Below the pieces are notes generated by a model. That model had not been told where the DNA came from. It worked only from the letters and a program-made list of their open reading frames with translations, and made no database searches. The translations under genes were made by a program, and so were the position numbers. A DNA stretch of 64,000 bases. It comes from Eledone cirrhosa. Taxonomy: Eukaryota. Location of the stretch: assembly GCA_964016885.1 (NCBI GenBank), contig OZ024744.1, positions 49,910,001 through 49,974,000 on the forward strand, written 5' to 3'. The number at the start of each line of letters is the position of its first letter. The stretch's first letter is position 1. Positions 42,927 to 54,279 of this stretch are shown here, piece by piece.

Positions 42927-43479
42927 AGTAAAAATAACGGAGCAAAGGACTCGTGTATAATCCTGTAATTAAATGAGCTCAAAGGAAATATTTATCCTGG
43001 GCATTTAAAATACAATATATAGAGGGGAAAGACACAGGAGAGTGTGTTTTTCATTACAGGAATTTCGAACCACCAACATGAGAAGAATATAAGCTACTAA
43101 AGGTATTGGTAAAACATTAAAATTAAAAGTATAAATTGAAATGAAAAACCATCCTCACCTAAATCACACATGTACAAACTCACCAGGAGCATGTTTCGCC
43201 ATTTTAGTGGGTTCCAATATGGCCCGGTGGGTCATCAGCATGTGGAAGGTCAATATTGTCCGCACTACTACAGAGAGAACTAAAATAAACCACCCTTTGC
43301 ACATGTAGACATAAGAGGAATGCGTGCTCGGGGCAGTAACTGGTGGCATGAACAGAACAAGCTGCTAGAGATGGCAGCCTATACTATTCAATTTAAGGTG
43401 CTCAACAGTAGAGAGAACGCAAGGAGCAAATATCAAGTAAAAATAACGGAGCAAAGGACTCAGGTATAATCCTGTAATT
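42927..43479 (-). repeat. ~510-bp unit with 44-bp terminal direct repeat and decayed hammerhead (pLTR/retrozyme-like)
   Basis: AGTAAAAATAACGGAGCAAAGGACTC...TCCTGTAATT at 42927 and 43436; minus-strand CTGATGA (43232-43238)...GCCAT/ATGGC-GAAACATGCTC. Confidence 0.5.
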
Positions 43480-43643
43480 GAGGTTGGTGTTAGGAAGGGC
43501 ATCCAGCTGTAGAAATCAAGCCAGATCAGTTCCTGTATGAGCAAGGCATGGTCAGCCGACCAGACACTGCCCACAACAGGACAACCCGTCTAACCCATGC
43601 TAGCGTGGAAGAACGGACGTAAAACGGTGATGATGATGATATA

Positions 43644-44942
43644 CAGGGTGTGGATGATATTTGTTCGCAATTTTCAACTGTTAATCTTATGCAAATTCTT
43701 TTACTTCGTTGTCACTCTTGTCTTCATAAAAACAGTGACTATATTTCCATTATTTATTTTCAGAATAATTGATTATGAATAATTTTGAACCTCCATTTTT
43801 GTGGAAGAGACACCAAGTTCTTCTTGGAATCCACGCCGGGAGGACAAATAAGGAAATTTCAGACTTTCTCAGCGTCAGCAGGAGAATGGTGGAAAAGGTC
43901 AGAAAGGAATTGGAAGATTCAGGATTCGACTACGAAGCAACACCGTAGAGGAAAACACATGATCGACGATCTGACGCCTTTAGAACGCCCGAGTTCGTCG
44001 CTGAAGTTCAGAATATCATCAACAATGAACCTAGCAAGTCGATGCATGCCATTGCAAGGGAGAAAGGAGTGGATGAAAAGCTCATTAGGCTGGTGGTACA
44101 TGAGGACATTCGCTACGTTTCATACAAGATGAGGAAAGAACAATTTCTGTCAAAAGCGATGCAAGAAAAGCGACTGAAGCACGCAAAGAAGCTGATCAAC
44201 AAGTTGAAATACCCACTGGAGCCAGACATGCTGTTGTTTTTCCCTGATGAGAAAAACTTCTGGCAAGACCAGAAGATCAACTCCCAGAACAACAGGTGGC
44301 TCGCTCTCTCATCCAAAGACGTGACCAAAGTCATGCAGACAAAGTTTCCAGCGACAACATTGGTCTTAGGTGTCATCAGCAGTCAAGGTGATGTCATGCC
44401 ACCTCGCCTGAGGGCCTCAAGCTGAACACCGATGGCTACATCTGCATTCTGAGCGAGGTAGTAAAGCCCTAGATCGACCAGGTAGCTGCAGGTAGGCCGT
44501 ACATGTGGCAGCAAGACTCAGCACCCTGCCATACCAGTCGAAAGACCCAAGCCTGGCTGTCAGAGAACTTCGTCGACCACATTTCACCTGACATCTGGCC
44601 TCCCAGCTTGCCTGACTGCAACCCCCTCGACTTCTTTGTGTGGGGCGCAGTAGAACGAGACACCAACAGATCCAGTCTGCAATACGAAAGACGATCTGAA
44701 GGTCAGGATCACAAGTGCCTTTAGGGGCCTAAGTCGGGGGACAGTGACGAAGGCCTGTAGCCGGTTCCCAGGCCGCCTTGAGGCCGTCATCAAAGCCAAT
44801 GGCGGGTTTATCAAGCGAGATCGAAAGAACAAGTCATGAAGACAAACTGACCCAAGTTTGATAAATATATCTTAAAAAATAAAACTACTGTGTTATTTTT
44901 TCCTAGACAGTAATCTTGCGAACAAATATCGTCCGAACCCTG
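43644..44942 (+). mobile_element. maT-type (DD37D) transposon, second defective copy
   Basis: Same TIRs and TA flanks as 15727-16990; FPDEK, WQQDSAPCH, WPPSLPDCNPLD. Confidence 0.9.
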
Positions 44943-45206
44943 TATATATATATATATACGCACACATATATATATATATATAAGGGATAACAAAATATCC
45001 TTATAGGTAATCCAGTTAGAGGTTGTGAATACTTCTTATTATGGATAGTTTTAGCATACGGCGTTGTTTGACTCAACAAGAGATTTACATAGATGGCAAG
45101 TTTATGATTTCACTTGTATTCCTATGTAAGTTTATCTTGGAGTAATAAAATTGAAAAAGTGAAGAATAACATGGTCAACAGTACAAAAAAAGGGATTTAT
45201 TTACAG

Positions 45207-45310
45207 TCTGACAATTGTTTCACTGATTAAGTTGTCTAAAAATTGCTGAACACTAGAAGCAATGCCACTCAATTTTAAATACGATGTTAGATTAATCAGA
45301 TCATCGGAGA
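45207..45310 (-). ncRNA. Variant hammerhead-like motif (CCGATGA core, long stem II)
   Basis: TCT-CCGATGA-tCTGATTAA...TTAATCAGt-GAAA-CAATTG-TC-AGA. Confidence 0.5.
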
Positions 45311-45869
45311 TAACTAGAATATCCATTAAATTTACAAATTCAAATTACAGCCTCATTAATAATATTAATAATTATAAAGCTGAGCGTTGTTTGTATGTAT
45401 TATGTATGTATCCTACACACCTCCCTATAGTTTCTTGGCTTTACTCTCTCCGTCGCTCTTCCCTCTCTATAATAGATCATTCCCCCTCTCTATAATTTAA
45501 CTGCTTTACTCTCTCTGTCGCTCTTCACTCTCTATATGACAACACTGTTTTAGTTTCCGTATCTCCCTTCAATCATCTGTCATCGCTCGCATAAGTAACA
45601 CACACACACAAACACACACACACATACACAAACACACATACACAAACACACACACACACATATCTATACTTATAAAGCTGACGGTCGTATATATATGTAT
45701 GTATGTCTCTATAATTTAACAGCTTTACTCTCTCTGTCGCTCTTCACTCTATAATACAACACTGTTTTAGTTTCCGTATCTCCCTTCAATATAGAGAGAG
45801 ACAGAGGGGGACCAGCAAGTGACCGAATTTCCAATGACGTTAAATCAAGTATCGGCATTAAAATAATTT

Positions 45870-46714
45870 TGAAATAAACAATGTGTATGATCAAATTACT
45901 GTTTTTGAGAGAAAACTTTGACTGTGGGAATCACAACTTCAAAAAGGAATCTACTCTCATTTCCCAAGTCTCCAAAATCACAAGAGAGATATAATACCAG
46001 ACATCTTTGTGAGCTCTATTAAGGATTTGAGAAGTGAGTTTTCCTCTCGTTTTGCTGACTTCTGGCAATATGGAATTCTATTTAAGCTATTTGGTACTCC
46101 TTACGAAACAGATGTGGAGCAAGTGGCAGAAGAATATCAGTTGGAGTTAATTGACTTTCAGTACGACAAATCTTTGAAATCGAAATTTCAGTTCGAATCC
46201 ACTGCTGACTTCTACAAGAAATATATATTGCCAAGCAGAAAATATAAAAACATCTTGACTAATGCGAAACTGATGATATCATTATTTGGAAGTACATATG
46301 CTTGTGAACAACTTTTTTCCAAAATGAAATATACTAAAAGTTATTTAAGAACAAGGTTGCGTGACGACCACCTGGATGATGTTTTGCTCCTGTCATCGAC
46401 AAATATTTCACCTGATGTGGAGAAGTTATTGCACAATAAGCAGAAACAAGTGTCTCATTAAATCATTTACCATTTCTAACTGTATTTCGTTTGTAGCAAG
46501 GAATTTGCTTTTTTTTTGTTGATTGTGATAGTAGTTTTTATTTTTTGTTATTCCTGCAGTAAAATAAGGGGCCTTGTTAAAATAAAATTATATTAAATTC
46601 CTTGTTTTGCTTTAAACCTCCAGAAAATTTATTTACATATTTAATAACATGGCCCTCCGCCATGACACTGCATAGCTGTTTGGTCCTCTCTCTCCAAAAG
46701 GTTGCCGAGCCCTG
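45870..46714 (+). mobile_element. hAT (Charlie/SPIN-like) transposon 3' fragment
   Basis: Dimerisation domain LFGSTYACEQLFSKMK..KS..RTRL.D; terminal AAAAGGTTGCCGAGCCCTG followed by TTCTAG. Confidence 0.8.
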
Positions 46715-47110
46715 TTCTAGCAGCTAGTATTATTTTAATTTCCTCTGGTGAAAGGTCAGAGTTTTTTTGTGCAAAGGTTAGTGCCTCATTTAGGGTTACT
46801 GGGGAAATAGAAGAGTAGTAGTCATTAATGTCAAATTGTATGAAGTCGGAAGATTCTCTATTGTCTAATTTATTAAACCAATCTATTGCTTCATTAGTGT
46901 TACCCCAGAGCTTGATTATGAGTTTTTCTTTAATTTGTGGTAATATTCTATCGAGTATAAACTTGCTAATTTTGCCTACATCTGATTTTGGTGGACATAT
47001 TAATCAAATAGTAGGGTTAGTTTTGAAGTTATATTTATGATCCTTCAGATTAAAAGTGAGTTTACAAGGGGTTAGAGGTTCGGTTCTATCAGATATTTTA
47101 AGTTTTTTTA
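46715..47110 (-). mobile_element. Penelope-like reverse transcriptase fragment
   Basis: Minus-strand reading: KSDVGKISKFILDRI...LWGNTNEAIDWF...FIQFDINDYYSSIS...ALTFA...IILAAR. Confidence 0.75.
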
Positions 47111-47112
47111 CT

Positions 47113-48102
<990 letters not shown>

Positions 48103-48394
48103 ATAAAAACAAATAACGAAACGAAATTAAATTTCGTTTCGCTTCTAACTCACTTTTGTATGACTGACGCTTAAACCATTAAGTTAAAGTGTACATCTAC
48201 ATATGTATACGGAAGTATTAGTATGTATATAAATACACACATGTATACATATGTACATGTACTAAGTTTTTCACTAGACACTTTACAGTGAGTGTCAGCT
48301 AGTCTGTATGTAACCACACAGACGGACCGGGTTTTAGAGTCATACGAGTTTTCAAGGAAACACATTTCCTCTATTCTCCAGAGGGCCAGACAGG

Positions 48395-48439
48395 AATATT
48401 GGACTAGTTTCGATGTTATTACATCTCATCAGCAATATT
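48395..48439 (-). ncRNA. Minimal type I hammerhead ribozyme
   Basis: AATATTG-CTGATGA-GATGT(AATA)ACATC-GAAAC-TA-GTC-CAATATT on the minus strand. Confidence 0.9.
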
Positions 48440-48937
48440 TACCCATCTTCCGGCTTCTCTGGAGAATTGTAAAAGCACATATCGTTATATGCTTTTTCTA
48501 TGAAAATTAGTAGTGGGTAGACTAATTTGCATAGAACGTGAGTCATTGTACGCACCGGTTCAGCGGAAACGATAAAAACAAATAACGAAACGAAATTAAA
48601 TTTCGTTTCGCTTCTAACTCACTTTTGTATGACTGACGCTTAAACAATTAAGTTAAAGTGTACATCTACATATGTATACGGAAGTATTAGTATGCATATA
48701 AATACACACATGTATACATATGTACATGTACATATACATGAAAATTAGTAGTGGGTAGACTAATTTGCATAGAGCGTGAGTCATTGTACGCACCGGTTCA
48801 GCGGAAACGATAAAAAATGACTCACGTACAATGACTCACGTTCTATGCAAATTAGTCTACCCACTACTAATTTTCATAGAAAAAGCATATAACGATATGT
48901 GCTTTTACAATTCTCCAGAGAAGCCGGAAGATGGGTA

Positions 48938-48982
48938 AATATTGCTGATGAGATGTAATAACATCGAAACTAGTCCAATATT
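48938..48982 (+). ncRNA. Minimal type I hammerhead ribozyme (predicted cut after 48975)
   Basis: AATATTG-CTGATGA-GATGT(AATA)ACATC-GAAAC-TA-GTC-CAATATT; all core nucleotides are canonical. Confidence 0.92.
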
Positions 48983-49406
48983 CCTGTCTGGCCCTCTGGA
49001 GAATAGAGGAAATGTGTTTCCTTGAAAACTCGTATGACTCTAAAACCCGGTCCGTCTGTGTGGTTACATACAGACTAGCTGACACTCACTGTAAAGTGTC
49101 TAGTGAAAAACTTAGTACATGTACATATGTATACATGTGTGTATTTATATGCATACTAATACTTCCGTATACATATGTAGATGTACACTTTAACTTAATT
49201 GTTTAAGCGTCAGTCATACAAAAGTGAGTTAGAAGCGAAACGAAATTTAATTTCGTTTCGTTATTTGTTTTTATCGTTTCCGCAGAACCGGTGCGTACAA
49301 TGACTCACGTTCTATGCAAATTAGTCTACCCACTACTAATTTTCATAGAAAAAGCATATAACGATATGTGCTTTTACAATTCTCCAGAGAAGCCGGAAGA
49401 TGGGAA

Positions 49407-49451
49407 AATATTGCTGATGAGATGTAATAACATCGAAACTAGTCCAATATT
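49407..49451 (+). ncRNA. Minimal type I hammerhead ribozyme (predicted cut after 49444)
   Basis: Identical motif one period downstream. Confidence 0.92.
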
Positions 49452-49875
49452 CCTGTCTGGCCCTCTGGAGAATAGAGGAAATGTGTTTCCTTGAAAACTC
49501 GTATGACTCTAAAACCCGGTCCGTCTGTGTGGTTACATACAGACTAGCTGACACTCACTGTAAAGTGTCTAGTGAAAAACTTAGTACATGTACATATGTA
49601 TACATGTGTGTATTTATATGCATACTAATACTTCCGTATACATATGTAGATGTACACTTTAACTTAATTGTTTAAGCGTCAGTCATACAAAAGTGAGTTA
49701 GAAGCGAAACGAAATTTAATTTCGTTTCGTTATTTGTTTTTATCGTTTCCGCTGAACCGGTGCGTACAATGACTCACGTTCTATGCAAATTAGTCTACCC
49801 ACTACTAATTTTCATAGAAAAAGCATATAACGATATGTGCTTTTATAATTCTCCAGAGAAGCCGGAAGATGGGTA

Positions 49876-49920
49876 AATATTGCTGATGAGATGTAATAAC
49901 ATCGAAACTAGTCCAATATT
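49876..49920 (+). ncRNA. Minimal type I hammerhead ribozyme (predicted cut after 49913)
   Basis: Identical motif two periods downstream. Confidence 0.92.
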
Positions 49921-50145
49921 CCTGTCTGGCCCTCTGGAGAATAGAGGAAATGTGTTTCCTTGAAAACTCGTATGACTCTAAAACCCGGTCCGTCTGTGTG
50001 GTTACATACAGACTAGCTGACACTCACTGTAAAGTGTCTAGTGAAAAACTTAGTACATGTACATATGTATACATGTGTGTATTTATATGCATACTAATAC
50101 TTCCGTATACATATGTAGATGTACACTTTAACTTAATTGTATATG

Positions 50146-50257
<112 letters not shown>

Positions 50258-50330
50258 ACGAAGGAAATGTGGTAAGGAACCAGATGGAGCATAACACACC
50301 AAAGTACTCAATACTTAGGGTAGTAGAGTG

Positions 50331-50432
50331 GGACCCCGACGGCTGAGCTCAAGCCGTTTCGACGGCTAATTCTGGACTAAATTTAGTCCAGAATTAGCCG
50401 TCGAAACGGCTTGAGCTCAGCCGTCGGGGTCC
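50331..50432. repeat. Perfect 102-bp palindrome with no spacer
   Basis: GGACCCCGACGG...GGACTAAA|TTTAGTCC...CCGTCGGGGTCC, centred at 50381/50382. Confidence 0.95.
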
Positions 50433-50473
50433 GACTCGTTCCTATATATAAATATATGTATATATATATATAC

Positions 50474-50540
<67 letters not shown>

Positions 50541-50555
50541 TATATATATATACAC

Positions 50556-50620
<65 letters not shown>

Positions 50621-50724
50621 TATACATCTATATATATATATTTATACATATATATATACACATATACATATACATCTATATATATATATTTATACATATA
50701 TATATACACATATACATATACATC

Positions 50725-50852
<128 letters not shown>

Positions 50853-50861
50853 CATGTAGAC

Positions 50862-50909
<48 letters not shown>

Positions 50910-50913
<4 letters not shown>

Positions 50914-53023
50914 CCGGAATGATAAAGGTGAGCTTGCCCTCACAAGTGCTGAGAAGAAAGATGCATGGAAGAGTCATTATGATAGATTACTAAATGAGGA
51001 GAATGCATGGGAAGAAGAGACACTACCCCAAGTAGACCCTATAGAGGGGCCAGCAGTACAAGTCAGCAGCAACGTAGTAAGTAAGGCAATCAAAGATATG
51101 AAGATGGGGAGGGCAACCGGTCCATCGGGTATAGCTGCCGAGATGCTGAAGGCATCTGGGTCTGTAGGTCACACTATAATCACACGTATTGTTAACCAGG
51201 TAATACTAGAAGGTGTCATACCAAAAGATTGGTGCAGTTGGATCATTGTCAACTGCTACAAAGGTAAAGGTGATGCACTAGATAGAAGAAACTATACAGG
51301 TATAAAGCTGATGGACCAGGTCATGAAAGTAAAAGAAAGAGTTATAGCACAGTTGATTAGGGACCGGGTGAAACTAGATGAGATGCAATTTGGGTTTGTA
51401 CCAGGAAGAGGCACCACTGATGCCTCCTTCCTTGTGAGGCAGTTACAGGAAAAGTACCTAGCTAAAAGTAAGCCACTCTACGTGGCATTCATCGATCTTG
51501 AGAAAGCCTTTGACAGAGTTCCACGTGCTGTAATCTGGTGGGCTCTTAGAAAACTAGGAGTAGATGAATGGCTTGTGAAAGCGGTACAAGCCATGTATAG
51601 GGGAGCAGTCAGCAAAGTTAGGATTAGCAATGAGTATAGCGAGGAATTTAGCGTACAGGGTGGGGTCCACCAGGGCTCTGTTCTTAGCCCCCTCCTGTTC
51701 ATCATAGTCCTGCAGGCAACAACGGAGGAGTTTAAGACCGGATGCCCATGGGAACTCCTGTATGCTGATGACCTCGCACTCATAGCTGAATCTATGGTAG
51801 AACTAGAGAATAAATTCCAAACTTGGAAGCAGGGACTAGAAAGAAAGGGTCTCAAAGTCAGCATAACAAAGACTAAGGTCCTTGTAAGTAGACGAGAAAA
51901 CAGAACCCAGATCACCTCAGGGAAATGGCCTTGCTCAGTATGTAGGAAAGGTGTAGGTAGGAACTCCATTCTCTGCCCCAAATGCAAACAATGGGTACAC
52001 AAGAGATGTAGCGGGATCTCAGGAAGCTTAATTAAGAAGGTAGGCTTCACATGCAGCAGCTGTGCTGAGACAGCAAGCAGCAAACAGCCACAGGAAACAA
52101 GTACCACCAATCTCTGGGAGGGCTCTGTAGAAACAGTAGACAGCTTCTGCTACCTAGGTGACCGAATTAGCAGCGGAGGTGGGTGTTCAGAAAGTACAAT
52201 AACTAGGGTAAGAACGGGATGGAAGAAGTTTAGGGAACTACTACCACTGCTAGCTGCAAAAGGCTTCTCCCTCAGAATGAAAGGCAGACTGTATGATGCG
52301 TGTATCCGAACAGCAATGTTGCATGGTAGTGAGACCTGGGCGCTGAAGATGGAAGACTTACGTAGATTAGAAAGAAACGAAGCCTGCATGCTCCGATGGA
52401 TGTGTAACAGTAATATACACGAACGATAAAGCATAAATGAATTGAGAGAGAGACTGAGCATAAGAGGAATCAAATGCTGTGTGTAGGAGAGGCAGTTGCG
52501 TTGGTATGGACATGTGATGCGTATGAAGGATGACAGCAACATAAAAAGGTGCAGAGCACTAGAAGTCGATGGAAACTGCGGAGTGGGGAGACCCAAGATG
52601 ACCTGGGATGAGGTGATAAAAACCGACCTTAGCCAATTACACCTCTCAAAGGCGATGATACACGACCGTGAGCTCTGGCGTCACGCAGTAATACAGAGTA
52701 CCCGACCTCCCATGAGTACAAGCTGAAGCATATAGACAATATGCCCCCACACCCCCCACCGCAAGGTGGTCGTGGAGGTGCCACGGCAAAAAAGCACCCA
52801 GTCCACACTGTAAAGTGGACGTGTAGGCGCCACGAAAAAGCACCCAGCACTCACTGTAAATGAGGTTGGTGTTAGGAAGGGCATCCAGCTGTAGAAAACA
52901 AGCCAAATCAGTTCCTGTATGAGCAAGGCATGGTCAGCCCACCAGACACTGCCCACAACAGGACAACCCGTCTAACCCATGCTAGCGTAGAAGAACGGAC
53001 GTAAAACGGTGATGATGATGATG
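50910..53023 (+). mobile_element. 5'-truncated PHD-containing RTE LINE with 3' UTR and tail
   Basis: Open RT ([38 protein letters not shown]), then PHD, then stops at ~52429 and ~52485; ends CCATGCTAGCGTAG..GGACGTAAAACGG(TGA)n. Confidence 0.92.
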
Positions 53024-53132
53024 ATATATATACATATATATGTATATATATATAAATACATATATATATGTATATGTATATATATATAAATACATATATA
53101 TATGTATATATATATATATATATATGTATATA

Positions 53133-53172
<40 letters not shown>

Positions 53173-53237
53173 TACGTATATGTATATATGCATATATATG
53201 TATATATATATTATATATATATATATGCATATATATT

Positions 53238-53442
53238 GACGTGTAGGTGCCACGAAAAAGCACCCAGCACTCACTGTAAATGAGGTTGGTGTTAGGAAGG
53301 GCATCCAGCTGTAGAAATCAAGCCATATCAGTTCCTGTATGACCAAGGCATGGTCAGCCGACCAGACACTGCCCACAACAGGACAACCCGTCTAACCCAT
53401 GCTAGCGTGGAAGAACGGACGTAAAACGGTGATGATGATGAT
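53238..53442 (+). mobile_element. RTE 3'-UTR/SINE-tail unit
   Basis: Near copy of 52818-53023. Confidence 0.8.
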
Positions 53443-53451
53443 ATACATATA

Positions 53452-54248
53452 TCATTATCTATAAAAGGCAGATTTTTGTGTCTGAAAGTATGTTTCAATT
53501 TTATACATTTACACAATTCCAAAAATATTGAATGAATAATTAAGCAGAATGTTTACAAATATTATAACTTGGGTCATGGGCGAACTTATTGGGTAAAAAA
53601 TGCCACAATTACGGAAAAATCGATTTATTTCAACAATCGATGATTTCTCCTCTCTCATATGATATACGTTTCCTATATCTACTCCCTTCATCACCTCCCC
53701 TTAAAATTGCTACCTTCTCTTATAAGTGTTTGTGAAAAAGAGAAACATTGAAAAAAACATATACACATATATATGTGGGTGCATACACACACATATATGT
53801 TGGTATGGTTACGATTGACGTCATAGAAACAGGAACGTGGGAATTTCAATCAATCAACGCATACACAGTTTGTTTTAAAAATATAATGATAAAGAGGGAT
53901 ATAATGATAAAGAGGGAGAGAGAAACAAACAGACACACTAAAAGACGGATATATGTGTGTGTGTTTGTATTAGCGCGTTCAAACTCCATTTCGAAGCTGA
54001 CTTTCATTTACTAAACTGTAAGTTTTTCAATCGGCCAATATTTTTCTGTATAAGTAACTTTAACCCTTTATTTTCGACATAAAAATACACACATACATAT
54101 AAAGACCTGTAAAGTTGTTTTTTTGGCCTTTCTTATCAATCTTTTTACATTCAATTATCAGCCTTATACTTTCAAAGTCAATTTTTATGTTGAAGTAACT
54201 TTCAACCTTTAATACATACATACATACATACATACATACATACATACA

Positions 54249-54279
<31 letters not shown>

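Larger units (their letters stand above)
48103..50140. repeat. 469-bp tandem repeat with hammerhead ribozymes: ~1.5 units on minus (48103-48816), ~2.8 units on plus (48817-50140)
   Basis: Period is 469 (hammerhead cores at 48945, 49414, 49883; minus-side starts at 48103 and 48572); units differ by only a few bases. Confidence 0.95.
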
